A stretch of 60,721 bases of DNA from Bigelowiella natans CCMP2755 (lineage: Eukaryota; Protista; Cercozoa). The DNA is taken from positions 1 to 60,721 of the forward strand of contig ADNK01003181.1 in NCBI GenBank assembly GCA_000320545.1, given 5' to 3'. The notes beneath the pieces are model-generated. The model was given only the letters and a program-made list of their open reading frames with translations. It did no database searches and was not told where the DNA came from. A program made the translations under genes and the position numbers. Shown piece after piece: positions 26,498 to 40,147 of this stretch; positions within the stretch are counted from its first letter, which is position 1; each line of letters opens with the position of its first letter.

Positions 26498-28042
26498 CAT
26501 CATCATAAGCCACTTCTACCTCAAAGGCGTTTGAAGCTATAGGTTTCTCACACAATACATGTTTTCCTGCTTTTATGGCCTTAATAGCCCATTCTGCGTG
26601 CCTACGATGATGTTAGTAAAGACTGAAATATACAATCAAAGCTAAGCATAACCCTGCCGGCTACAAGTCCTCTCAGCGTCGCACGAATCTTCGATTTTCA
26701 ATGATTTTGAATGATATTCAATCCCACCTTCCATTTGGAAGAGCAATGTAGACGGCTTCTATAAGAGGATCATCAATCAACTCTTGATATGACCCATACG
26801 AGCGAGGAATGCCCCTTGATTATTATGATTATAGAATAATAAGAGAACGCTACCTTTTGACTACTTCATACGTCTATTTGTCCTCTAATATCTTTGCAGT
26901 TTTGATGTGCGGTTACTTCAGATGTATTACCATAGCTTTGCATATTTCAATGCCCGTTTAAAAGAGCGTGCGCCGACTGCGAGGATCTCGACGTCAGGGT
27001 TCCTGTACATGTGCGTGTTTGCGCACGCATGGGTATATGCATGGTATTTATTAGGGTCACTGTGTATCAAGGGAAGAGAGATAAAGATTAGGGTTTTCTT
27101 CAAACGCTTGTTGCACGGATGAATCATCGAACGGAGACATGTTGTCATCATATACCGCATCATGTATTGCTGCTGCTATTATAATTCGGCAGATCGATGA
27201 AGAATCCGATACCTCTTCGCAGGCCAAATCATCGCATAAGTAGCGACCTGTGAACATTGAAAGTGCAAGGGTATATTTGTGTCAAAATTGGCTCAGGGTC
27301 TTAATAGCTAAGACGCATCATCTCTCCTTGATGCTAGAAGATCTAACTCAATCACTATCTTTCAAAATTGCAGCATCCCGCCTACCTCCCACTCTGCTAC
27401 ATTTACTGAACTTCGAGGAGGGACATATGAGTGGTCAGAAGGAAGAGGGGAATCTACCTTTCCGGCACCTAGAATCCCAATTCGTAGCGGGGAGTTGCTT
27501 TTTGCAACAAGTTGTTGATCAGGCGACAATGCTGTTTGCGTTGTGATCGGTGGGAATACTTTGCCAAGCTAAAATTTCAAAAAAAGATACAAAGTTAGTA
27601 GGACTACTACAGAAAAATCTCATTTAAATACAAATCAGAAGTAAGTAGGGTATTATCATGCCATGTACTTTACATCTTTGTCTCATTGTCGATGTCGTAA
27701 AGATAACAGATGCAATCTTTCACTGACCCTGTCAATTAAGTTGTGATCGGTCCTGCTGCATCCTCGCAGACCATCTTCTGTACCACTTGCGGTCTTCTCT
27801 AAGGCCATAAATGGAGAACATACGAGGGGAAGTAACCTTCTCCTCCGTATACTGTCCCTCCCCTCATGTGCATTTCCAACAGGTATGACCTGCCTCCGCC
27901 CCAATTGAGGACACGACGACAAGTTCTCATTTTCTCGCAATGTTGGGTAAAGAATCGTCATGGAGACTAAAAAGAGAAACAGATTTATAATGATGGCGAA
28001 TTTCCAGTGGTGCATTGATAACAATGGCCCGGGTGACCGCAT
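23586..28042 (-). CDS. Gfo/Idh/MocA-family NAD(P)-dependent oxidoreductase with signal + transit-like leader
   Basis: [85 protein letters not shown]-terminal hydrophobic [14 protein letters not shown] followed by an Arg/Ser-rich segment. Confidence 0.9.
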
Positions 28043-28465
28043 GCTCCCTCGCGAAAACGAAACAGCTGGGAGGGGCACTCGGTTCGGTTCTAGCCAGTGG
28101 CCTGGTATGTCGCATGCGACATGAAAAATAAGCTTGTCGCAGGATAAAATTGGATAGGATATTACCGTATTATCTGCATGATTACGGTACATTAGCACGC
28201 TGGGTTTTGAAGCATTAATGATTAATAAAAACTTACCAGCAGTGTCGTTTATGAGGATCAGATGTCGTATTAATGTTGTGAGTTTGTTGCGACGGTAGAA
28301 TATTATTATGACTAAAATTCATGCGAAGAATATCTATGAAACGATATTTTATTGTAACGATAAAGAAGCAGCTGAACCCCCTCGGTCAAACTGCGTCAAC
28401 AAGGGGAGGGGAGACAGAAAATTCAAAACGGTGGGTAGGGTGGCGGGATACGTACGTAGTCCAAA

Positions 28466-29980
28466 ATGGAAGTTGGATCCAAAAGATCTGAGAGGGATGA
28501 AAGCGATATAAAGGAGATAAGTAATGCGACGAAAAGAGCGAAGAATCAAAGCAGCCTCACCGAGTGCGATTCGTCTACACAGTCGCCAGCTGCAGGTGAA
28601 AGCAATAGTAATTCGCACGGTGGCGTCGTTGGAACTTCTGGTAGAGATCCGGGACCTGATGGAGAATACGGTTTTAAAGGCTTCCTCAAGGTTTTTCCAA
28701 CAGACAAGCCTGTGCATACAATTCACTTTCGAGAAGGCTACTCAGCGAAGGACCTCGGTGGTGTGGAGGACGAGGATGATTTACACCGCATCATTTTACC
28801 TATTCGCGAGCGAAAAACCTCCCCCTGTTTGGAATTTCACGTAACCGCGACATGGAATGGAGCAAGGGCATCTCGCCTGATACTACCTCACGGTTTAGTT
28901 CACACACCTGTCTTCATGCCAGTAGGAACTCAAGGAACAATCAAAGGACTCACTTCCGAGCAAGTGAAGGCTTGCGGATGTAGGCTCATTCTAGCCAATA
29001 CGTATCACCTAGGTAATCGTCCTGGCGGGGAGGTGCTAGAACAGCTCGGTGGAGTGCATAAGCTCATGAGCTGGGATGGGAATTTGCTGACAGACAGCGG
29101 GGGATTCCAGATGGTTTCCTTGCTAAAATTAGCCAAAATCACAGAAAAGGGAGTTCTGTTTCAAAGTCCAGTAAACGGGAGCGAGATGTTGCTGACTCCG
29201 GAGAAAAGTATGCAGATCCAAAACCAGATTGGCGCAGACATTATGATGGCGTTGGACGACGTGTGTCCAAGTACATGTGATGACTACAAACGTTTTGTCG
29301 AAGCGAGTGATCGTACGTTGAGGTGGATCGATCGCTGTATAAAGGCACACAAAAATAAACACCGACAAAACCTTTACGGCATTGTGCAAGGAGGCTTAGA
29401 CGCGAAACTGCGTGATTACTCGCTAAAGGAAATGATAAAACGTGACTTGCCAGGTTATGCCATAGGAGGCCTAGCTGGCGGAGAAGACAAGGCGCTCTTT
29501 TGGCGAGTTGTGAAACAATGCTGCGATGTGCTCCCAAAAGATAAGCCGCGATATCTAATGGGTGTGGGTTACACCTTGGACTTGGTTGTGTGCTCTGCCT
29601 TGGGATGCGACCAGTTCGACTGCGTATACCCTGCAAGGACAGCTCGTTTTGGAACGGCTATGACTAGTGAAGGCCTCATTCCCCTAAAGAAAAGAAAATA
29701 TTCGTGTGATAATAGGATTTTGGACCCGACAACAAGCGTGGGGAGAAATTACAGTCGTGGGTTTCTACACGAAGCACTTAAAGAGTCTACAGGTTGCCAG
29801 CTTCTGACGATGCACAATATTGAGTTTCTCCAAAACTTTATGAAGAGACTGCGGGCCTCCATTAGAGATGGGACCTTTCCTGATTTTGTGCGAGACTTCA
29901 TGAAACGCGAACATCCAGATGGTAAGTATCCGCAGTGGGCAGTTAATGCGCTGCGGGTGGCTGGCATAGCACTAACTTGA
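28466..29980 (+). CDS. QTRT1: Queuine tRNA-ribosyltransferase catalytic subunit (TGT), intronless
   Basis: Single 504-aa ORF: TPVFMPVGTQG, ANTYHL, LTDSGGFQMVSL, DIMMALDD, GIVQGG, GYAIGGLAGGE, KPRYLMGVG, FDCVYPARTARFG. Confidence 0.97.
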   Translation: MEVGSKRSERDESDIKEISNATKRAKNQSSLTECDSSTQSPAAGESNSNSHGGVVGTSGRDPGPDGEYGFKGFLKVFPTDKPVHTIHFREGYSAKDLGGVEDEDDLHRIILPIRERKTSPCLEFHVTATWNGARASRLILPHGLVHTPVFMPVGTQGTIKGLTSEQVKACGCRLILANTYHLGNRPGGEVLEQLGGVHKLMSWDGNLLTDSGGFQMVSLLKLAKITEKGVLFQSPVNGSEMLLTPEKSMQIQNQIGADIMMALDDVCPSTCDDYKRFVEASDRTLRWIDRCIKAHKNKHRQNLYGIVQGGLDAKLRDYSLKEMIKRDLPGYAIGGLAGGEDKALFWRVVKQCCDVLPKDKPRYLMGVGYTLDLVVCSALGCDQFDCVYPARTARFGTAMTSEGLIPLKKRKYSCDNRILDPTTSVGRNYSRGFLHEALKESTGCQLLTMHNIEFLQNFMKRLRASIRDGTFPDFVRDFMKREHPDGKYPQWAVNALRVAGIALT

Positions 29981-30580
29981 TCAGATAGAGCAGATACATA
30001 ATGGTTTATTAAGATGCAATTGAGCAAGTTGGAGTCATTGTGCATGTGTAGTGTGTATTGAGTTGATTCGCCGCTTCGGTCCAATAGTGGTAACATATGA
30101 CGCAATTTGTGTGTGCGTGTTGGCCAAACATCGCTTTGATGAAAACATCTAGATTCACTGGCCTGATGAACACGATGCATGGGCAATGATTAATTTGTGC
30201 GACAAGCGAGCATCCAATGTTGCTACATAGCCAGCCGATACTCTAGAATAGGCAATGGACAAAGCATATTGTCGTGCATGATCGTCTACGATGCTCTGCA
30301 TGCACAAGTATGTAGGACGTACGTTGCGTCTTTAGCATGCTTAGCATGGTGGGATGCTGTGCAACTACAGCCACATCATCATAGTCCATCCGGGCGCTGC
30401 TGCCGCGCGATAAGGATCGCACATGACGCTCAATGCATGCATGCAGCCATGTATTGGATTGTTAGTTGCTCTGGCACCTGGCAGCCAAGCGACGTGGCTT
30501 GTTACTGCAGCTAGTAGCACAATATGTCTGTGTGTTACATCAGCTTCATGATAACGCTTTGTTGCTGCGTAAAATAAATC

Positions 30581-30896
30581 TCATTTGTGCTCATCAACAA
30601 GGGCAGTGAGTTTTACTAGGTCTGCGCCTGCAATTGATTCCACCAACTCCCCATCCTTTACAAAATGAAACGAAGGTACTGCCGATATTCCTAGAGTGTA
30701 TTAATAATTGGATGAAAATGGAGTCAAACTTGGACAAATGATGATAATGATGAATCGGTATTTAAGGCAGAGAACAAAGTTTATTTTACCTGCTTGTCCA
30801 GCTGAGCCTTTCAGAACATCTATATCGCATTTGAGAAACGTAACATCCTCATGCTTATTGCTTAAAGCCTAATGTAAAATATATCTATATCAACAT

Positions 30897-30945
<49 letters not shown>

Positions 30946-31383
30946 CTTCTGCTTCTACCTCGAAATGTGGGGCAATTTGACGGCATGGTCCACACCCTGC
31001 GCAGCAAATGTGGGGGGAAACAAGGCTCCTTAAACATAGAATGTATCGACACATATCAAGGACAGATACTATAGCTTCTACTAACTTTTTGCACCCCATT
31101 TCCACGAGAGAGCAAACAGCAGTAAAAACCGGTGATGTTGTCACATCTGCTACTTCATTTAGATCTACAAGTTCTTACATGTTGCGGTCCAGTCGATAAC
31201 AAGCAGCTGCTTCTCCTTAGCATTGGTGATAACCTCTGCAAGTTCAGCATCATCCTTGGGCACAAGAAGAGCGAAATTCCTGGCGCTGCTTATCAGTATA
31301 TATATTCAGCAGTGTAAATTTAGATGACTTCGAAAATTTATGTGTCATGGTTGAACAATGACAGTCTCCCTCCACGTCCTTAC

Positions 31384-31449
<66 letters not shown>

Positions 31450-31589
31450 AGAGAGAGAAGGAGAGAGAGAAGGAGAGAGAGACAGCTAAAAGCTTGCCAA
31501 CGCAGAAATAGTGTGCGCCAAACAATGCAGTACCCTTTGAAGTGTACGCGTGAGGCAGCAGCCATACGTCTCCCAAGAACGCGTAGCAT
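30581..31589 (-). CDS. Thioredoxin, probably mitochondrial
   Basis: VIDWTAT|WCGPCRQIAPHFE, TFLKCDID, ISAVPSFHFVKDG, GAD. Arg-rich leader MLRVLGRRMAAASR. Confidence 0.9.
31388..31480. repeat. (GA)n microsatellite; representative of many intronic (TA)n, (GA)n, (CA)n, (TAG)n, (GAT)n tracts
   Basis: Seen directly; further examples near 4640, 5279, 10756, 11170, 33467, 38466, 45595. Confidence 0.95.
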
Positions 31590-32064
31590 GGTTACGAGTA
31601 GTATTGTAGTAGATGTTGTTAGCTTATTCAAATAAGTCTATTTTTTATGCATGTGATATCTACATATTGGACCTCATTCAATTGTTCGATTTCGGTACCA
31701 GGGAGCACAGTTCTGTTGCAGGTTCATCGATAAGATCGTTCAGTATAAGTAGATTTGACTATAATTTTATATCTAAAATTGATATGTTGACTGGTAGTTT
31801 TTGGCGCGCATTGTTGTGATCCCAGCCGTCTTTCACTAAATTTTATCGTAAAAGTTCCTACCCAATTGGAGTTTCGAATAATAAGGCCTGGTTGTGGCGT
31901 ATATCGAAATATATCGGTATAAAAAGGATGTCGTACAATACGAATGTACTGTCATTGTAATATTATTCGTTTACTAAATATAAAATTCAGTCTTACTCAA
32001 AAGCATTTCTGCGCTCACCGTCGAGGGGAGAGGACAAGGCCGTACGCCAGCACCGAGGAGAAAA

Positions 32065-33466
32065 ATGAGCGGCTCCAAATCGCAGAAGACGCGCGTCTGC
32101 TACTTCTATGATGGTGAATATCAAATTGTCTAATTCTCATTGATTTTACATGCACGCTGCAAAATGCGCTACAAAATGAAAATTATACATTATCAACTCG
32201 ATATATTTTGGATCACGTCTAGGAAGATAGGAATAGTCGCTCTCGGAGAATGCCATACACATACGCCATTCAATTATGTTGCCTTGATACTTGGAATGAG
32301 CTAGGGTCTTTTGAATTTTTTGCGAAGATGTAAAATGGATATCATCGACACATGGTAAAAATACATCATATTCTTTCCTCAGCGCTCATGGGTACGTACT
32401 ACTATGGACCTGATCATCCAATGAAGCCACACAGACTGAGAATGACCCACAGTCTGATCAGTAGCTATGGATTGTACAAGAAAATGCAAGTTTATGTAAG
32501 CGATTTAGATGACCCCCGACATCGATACCCTTCATTGAAATATCTCCTTTCTTGCCTGTCTAAAAAGCTTGCAATTAAACGCGTATTTTTCTTCTACTGA
32601 GGAAAGTTTTAGACTTTAACGAGAGATTGAAAGAGAGAGTGAATGGAGAAGACAGAAAGAAGAGGGGGAAATTTGGGGAGGCGGAAGCGAGAGAGAGATG
32701 AGGAAGGGGGGGGCATTTGGGTTTACCTCGTTGAAGTGTGCGACAGTATTCATTCCTTTTTAAATCTACCGCTCTCTACAGCAGCTTTCATTGTACAAGA
32801 TAAGCACGTGTGTCTCCTAATCACAAGAACTAACATCCACATATCCCCCCCCCCCCCACCCCCCCCTTCCCTTTGTGACATCCTTATCTCGGTAGCGGCC
32901 GCACCCTGCTCACTACAAGGAGATAACGCAGTTTCATGCCGAAGACTACACCGACTTTCTTCGTCGTGTTTGTCCGGACAACGAGAAAGAATGCCAACTC
33001 GAGCTGCAAAAGTTCAACCTCGGTCTCTACACCGACTGCCCGATATTCCCGGGATTATACAATTTCTGCCAGCTGTACACAGGAGCTTCGATAGACGGAG
33101 CATGCAAGCTCAACAACGGCCAAGTCGACATTGCAATTAATTGGTCGGGTGGTCTTCATCACGCTAAGAAATCGGAAGCTTCTGGGTTTTGCTATATCAA
33201 CGATATTGTGCTCGCCATTCTGGAGCTACTGAAGTACCACGCACGGGTACTAGCATCATTAGCAGCAGCAGCAGTATGTACGAATAGCTTCTCCTTCGTT
33301 ATGTCTCCTTATCACCACGTTGCACGTGTCCCTTTTCTCTTCCTTCTTCTTTATTTCGTGAAGGTGCTCTACATCGACATCGACATTCACCATGGGGATG
33401 GAGTTGAGGAGGCCTTTTACACGACGGATCGTGTTATGACCGTCTCTTTCCACAAGTATTGACGAC

Positions 33467-33503
<37 letters not shown>

Positions 33504-35565
33504 ATATGATGACCATGCATGATGACTATCATGGTAATATCCGTGGCTTTAGCAGTATCATCAAAGCATATACCAAATGACAAAATAAATCCTGCGATTA
33601 TTCACACGTATGAGGTCGAGAGATGTTGGGATTCCAACGACACACAACATATGTTATCAATGTCCGTGAACAACAACACACCACGCACGCAGATACGGCG
33701 ACTTTTTCCCGGGATCTGGAGCTGTGACTGACATCGGAGACCAGAAGGGCAAGCACTACTCGGTCAACTTTCCACTTGAGGACGGCATCGACGACAAAGG
33801 ATTCTTATCTGTTTTCAAGCCGGTTATATCGAAGGTGATGGAAATGTACCAGCCGGGGGCAATTGTGCTGCAGTGCGGAGCCGATTCGCTGACGGGAGAT
33901 AGATTGGGATGCTTCAACGTTACTCTCAAAGGGCATGGCGAGTGCGTCCGCTATGTGAAAAGCTTTAACGTCCCTCTTCTAGTGCTGGGAGGGGGGGGCT
34001 ACAACATAAGGAACGTATCTCGGTGCTGGACTTATGAGACATCGGTCATCCTTGAGAGTGAAGTCAGCAACAACATACCGTTCAACGACTACACGCACTA
34101 TTATGGCCCCGACTTCAAGCTCCACCTCACGGAGAAGGACATGGAGAACCGCAATACGCGCGACAAACTCGAGAGATATAAGCAGCAGGTATTCGAGAAC
34201 CTCTCCTACCTTGACCATGCGCCTTCTGTGCAGATGCATAGAGTGCCCCCGGATTACTTCATTGTAGACCCCGACGAGGATGACGAGGAAGAGGAGGACG
34301 ATGACGATGATTACTACTTTGACAAAAAGAGCAGCGGCCATCCTGACATTCGGTTTACTAAAGATCAGAAAATGGGCCACGGCAGTGGCAAACGAGGCGG
34401 TGCGCTCCGACAGCAGCAGGATAATGACGACGCCGAATTTTACGACAACGACAAAGATCAAGACAACAGCTCTGCTCATGCTGTAGCCTCTTCCGATGAG
34501 GCCGAGGAGATGGTAGCTCCAACGACGAAGGCGCAATCTGCTGCTGATAGTCGTAATGGTAGTACAGCTGCTGCTACTGCTGGAGTGCCATCATCAAAGA
34601 AACAGCAGCAAAAGATGGTGGGAGAAAGAGCTGCCGTAGGAACATCAGCCGTAGCATCTTCATCATCAGCAGAAACAACGCAAGGTGGAGGAACCGCACG
34701 CGAGAAGAGACGCCGCCCCCCTGGTCGTCCGTCCAGGCTGACGAGGGGGGGGGATGCTGCAGCAGCATCATCATCCGCTCTTGCAACTTCGTCGTCCTCC
34801 CCTTCCTCCCCAGGAGCGCGACAACAACACACAAGCAGCACCGCTAAATCAGTACCATCAGCATCAGCAGCGTCCGGTAGTAGTAGAAGGAATAATATAA
34901 GCAACGGCCTACAAAACCATCACCAAAATGACGAGAAGAAAAGGAAGAGAAGAAATGGCAGAGGGGGGCAGCAGCAGAATGGCATCGACAGTAGTGTTGC
35001 TCCTTCCTCCCCTCAATCTGGCTCTCAGAGTCCAATTACAGGGGGGAGGGCAAGACGGCCAGGCTCGATAAGATTTGGCGGAACTGGCATCAATGTGCCG
35101 CAGATTCCTACCCCAGCAACACCGGACTCTGATTCCAATAGCTCTATGTTTTCCTTCACAAAAGCAGGGGGGGGAGGGGGAGGGAGCACGTCCGGTGCCG
35201 GAGATATGGCATCGTCTACTGATGGCAAACTAGCTGATGTGAACGAGAAAACAGAGAACGATAGCAAACAACATGGGGATGTTGGCAGCATCAACGACGA
35301 CGACAAGAATGATATGATGGACCAGGACGAGGAAGAAAAGGCAAACGATGATATGGCTCAAGCTAAGCAACGTGCTGATCAAGCACAAACTCCTAGCATT
35401 AAAAAGGAAAAGAAAGAAGAAGGAGAGGAGGCGACAATCGGTGGTGGCAATGAGAGCAAAGACGAAAAGAGCAGCGTTTCTCACAGCAAAGACACCCCAA
35501 AGGAAGAAGCAGGGGGAGGAGGAGGAGGAGGAGGAGGAGAACCCGTGAAAATGGAAGTTGAGTAA
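32065..35565 (+). CDS. Class I histone deacetylase (RPD3/HDAC1-like) with long low-complexity C-terminal tail
   Basis: [92 protein letters not shown]. Confidence 0.97.
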
Positions 35566-36367
35566 GAGGAGCAGAGAGAAGTAAAAGCATTCTCAATGTT
35601 GGAACGGCGGTGGGTAAAAAGCTACTAGCAGGTGCTGGCCAAGCTAGCAAGGTGTGTTGGGGACAACGTGTCCAGATGTACATCAACATTGACTTGCGCT
35701 GTGGAAAGTTCCGATTATTGATCAAAATGTATGCAGCTGCAACAATTCATTGATCGACGTCGTTGCTCTCTCGATAATGAACACAACTTCATTGCCGTTG
35801 TTATTGTCATGATCGATCGACTGCACAAGCCAGCGACGTATAAAAATACCGCGCTAGCGCGTCTAGCTAGCTAGACATGCAGCGTCGTGGTTGCGGCTAG
35901 ATGTAATGCAGGCCACCTACACGTCAATCTAGTATTTGCTGTCGCAGAGTCAGCAACATGCAAAACGTGACGGGAACTAGAGATCATGGCGTAGCATAGC
36001 CTTATTTGCTGCCAAGCTAGCAGGGGGCACGTAGCATAAAAAATGTGTTCTCGCTGCGGACTGAGCGTATATATCTAAATGCATCCATAACTTGCTAGCT
36101 CTAGCGGTAGGTAGCGTGTGCCTGGCGCAGCCATCCAGCATGCTAGCATGGCAGCTTAGCGGGATGAACGATCATGCACAAATATAAGTGCACAACATTC
36201 AATGCTATGGATAGCTAGGGCCTTACATGTAGCAAGCGTATTTCTGCAATCGATGATCTTGCTTATAGCATGTGCTTCGTCATAGAGCACATATGTTCAT
36301 GTTACCCAGCACGCACGTACTTGCTCTCTAGGTAAACATTAAACTACTACCGCCATGTCTGCTGGGA

Positions 36368-38469
36368 TTAAACCGCGCCCTTCAAAGTATCTCGCGGTGA
36401 AACTGGTCGCGCATAAACGAAATACTCGCCATCAGGGTCTGCAACTATTCGAAAGTTGTCGTCCAGGTATTTTAACTCGACTGAGCACGTTGGCTTTGTC
36501 CCCCTGGAAATATATTTAATCATCATCATCATCAGCAGCAGCAGCAGCATCAGCGTCGTTATCACGTGTTGCGTTGCGAATATGACCAATTCCATGGCAA
36601 GATCTGCCAGAGAGCATTCACAGGAATCCGTCGATCCCACATTACGCTGATGTAATGAAACACACATAGTCTATGAATTCTTATAGAACCACAGGAGATG
36701 AGCACGCGTGTACCGACTGGTTAACATGCATTCGTAGCATTGAATCAAGCAACGACTTGAGCCCATCAAAATCAACAGGAATTGGGAAACTCCCTCCAAG
36801 TTTTACCTCTCTACACGGCTATATGCATACTAGATCATAGCGGCAGTATCTATCCGCCTTACGTTCACGACAACCAGCTCCGATTGATGTTGTTGTTGTT
36901 GTTGCTGTTGTTGTTGTTGTTGTTGTTGTAACAACGAAGACGACGATGCTACTACTACCTGCCAGGAATCCATCCGCTAAGGCCATCTACGGGCTTGAAT
37001 GTCGTGTAGTCTACTTCCTAAGACGGCACACATACGCACACATTACCACCACCACCACCACCAAATTAAAGCATTGCTCTACTAGCGTTATTGTCTTGCA
37101 GAATTCCCTTTGGAATCATTGAGTGCATGCTCAGCAGCAAGCTAAGTAGCTGCTCTAATGGCGCAAGCAACCATAGTGATCTTTTTATCTTCTCCGTTGT
37201 ACCCGGCATTGGCCACTGTTATCACCTGATTAACAATTTTCTACTCAAATCTTTCTTCTCCTTCATCATCTTCGTCTCCCCCCTCTTCACAACCCTCCCC
37301 CTTCCTATCGTTAGCATCGTCACTATTAGACACGTATTCATTCAGTCGGGCTTACACAGCCTCCAAACGTGGGAAACAGCTTGAACCACCCGATGATAGG
37401 AATGGTTGTCAGTCCGAACAAGGTGGTGTCAAACTCTACGATTGCATTATCCACAGTGCGAAGAAGAAGAAGAAGAAGAAGAAGAAGAAGAGGAAACAGG
37501 AGGAGAAAAGGGGGAGGAAGAGGAAGAGGAAGAGGAAGAATAGGGGGAATCATTTTTTATGAACGCGAGATATGCTGTTATTCATTGTTTTCTCTACACC
37601 TCATTTCCCCTTTACTCCGTTCAAAATAGGTTGTAACAAAGAGACATTGAAATAATGTCAAGAAGAGCCGCTATAACGTAGCATCTTCTGCTTTACCACC
37701 ATAACATTCATTTAGTTGTGATCTATCTATCATCATAATCATCATCATCATCATCATCATCACCATCAATATTATCATTATCATCAGTATTATCATCATC
37801 ACTATTATGACGTAATTCATCCCCTCACCAGACGCTAAGATCTTCTTCTTGCTGTCGATTAGCTGAGCTACGCGACCAATGGTTGACAGCCCGAAACTAC
37901 AGGCTACAGTTGTGATTTCTCGTCAGATTGTTATATTTATAGTGTAATTTGTTAGTGGCGGTGATGGGAAAGCAGCTGATGATATTGAGTGTTCTGATAT
38001 CAAAATCACGTTATTTAAGTAGCTGCTATCATGGTTTTTATCTACGGCCGTTTGGTACAGTGTAATCATCACCATCATCATCATCATCATCATTATTATT
38101 ATCATCATCATGATCATCATCATTTTGTGCACAATGTGGATAGTGTTATGACTTTGAAGCTCATGCAACTTAAAGAACAGCTCGGATGATTTCTGTTTAT
38201 TTATAAAACACCACCATACCATCATCACTACATCATTATCATCTATCTCGTCACAAATATTTATCATTTGTAGGAAATCTCTCTCCCCCTTTCTCTTTCA
38301 AGCACACACACATACACACCGCACGCACACCCATGGTGCCATTCAACAAGAAGAGTGTGCTTAGTAAGCTCATGTTGTGGCGGTGTACACATGTATAAGA
38401 TAAAACTGCTGCTGATGGTGATGGTGGTAGGAGCGACAGTGGTAAGATAATCTCTACATGGAAATGTGT

Positions 38470-38505
<36 letters not shown>

Positions 38506-38988
38506 ATGTGTGTGCGTATGTGTGTGCGTGTGTCCACATTGCTATTTAGTCAAAGATGTCATCAGATGTTGTTTGCCATAAATAATAGCGACACAATGCA
38601 AGCATTGCGCGACCCATCCGAAAGCTCTATCGTCGCCAAACGCCTCCTGTACAGCGAGGAAGAATGGAGAAGATCTGAAAATTTACAATTAATATTGAAA
38701 GAATGAGCATGGCAGCACCGGTTTCAATAAGAACTAATCAAGGTATAGCGAAAGATAACGCAGGAAGATGGATGACGATGATCAACATGATTGCGAAGGC
38801 TCATTGTAGTGGTGATGGTGATAACAACGACACACGTTTTGAGCGTTTCTTCTGGTTCTCCTTCCACATCTACTATCCTAATATCTACCTGAAGATACCG
38901 TACTTCACTGTGGAATAAATGAGCTCCCATTCGCCATCTGAGAGGAAAATAATGGTTGTTTGGCTACATTTTCTTGCATTTGTTGCTG

Positions 38989-39023
<35 letters not shown>

Positions 39024-40147
39024 TTACTAAATATGTAGAATTCGAGGGAGGTGCTGATACCTAGTGCCTCCATGCTGGTAGGTAGTGGTGGTGTTTTTTC
39101 GATTAGTTCCTCAATCAGCTGTTTCGTCTTTAAGGCGCGTTCTTTGTATGCGCCGCTTCCTACAGGCAATGTGTAAGTAGTCGGATTGCTTGCAGTATAA
39201 AGCAATTGAAGGTGGACGTTGGCTCTCACAACCATTCGTGCTCTACAAACGACAACAACAACATCAACAACTTGTATGCCTGCCCCCCCCCCCCCCAAAA
39301 AAACTTACTCTGAGGGTTGTAGAGTTGGCCTCGATCAAGTGCACAAGCAAGCTGCAGTATTTGCCCCTATATCAATGAAAAGAATCATGTTAAAGCAACC
39401 GAATTATACCATAATTATGTTATTAAAAGAACAAAATGGGCATGATGTAATAATCTGGCAGATGATGTTGTAGAGATATGTATATATTTAAGAACGTCGT
39501 TTTCATCAGCAATGTATCGAAATAGCAAATATCCGAGTAAACATAGCCTCACCTTTATATTGATTCTTTCAGGTGAATCTTCCGCGAGTGTAAACACCGC
39601 GTTATTCTCGCCGTCGTCCATTTGTGCAAGCGTCGATACAGAAGAGGAAGTCCTCTTTTCGGGATTTATCTGTCAACAGAATAGTGTGACCATAGCATTC
39701 TAGCGATAAAGACGAACAGTCCGAGAATTGAAAGCAGTCATGATACTTTGTAAGGACATCTGCTTTGGAAAAGATCGAGAAGGTGCTTCCAACGCAAATG
39801 GCAGCTAGCATCGAAAATAGGAGCCTTCAGAGCAAAATTGTTTTGGAAATATTTTTCCTATGTATCAGGCACGTCGCGTACCCTCTGGGTTAAAAGCTTA
39901 TGTTCCGATCGGCGCCTCTGTATTCGCCGAAGAGAATGCTGGGATTTGGCAAACCTGCATGGTGTGCGGCACAAGGCGTCATCGTCAAAGTATCCATCGT
40001 TCAATCAATCAGCAACCTGGGGCCTTTGAATATCGAGGATGTCGCTACTGCATGAGACTCCTCAGTAAGGAATGACGCGAAGACTAGAACAACAATGCAG
40101 AAACTTCCCGGTCTGGACAGCCAACGGCCGAAAGACGTCGACGCCAT
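36368..40147 (-). CDS. PAP/fibrillin-domain plastid lipid-associated protein
   Basis: LIEELIEK, LSDGEWELIYST, FRSSPFFLA, ELFFKLH, EFDTTLFG, ELKYLDDNFRIVADPDGEYFVYAR. Leader is hydrophobic (FCIVVLVFASF) then Arg-rich. Confidence 0.75.
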
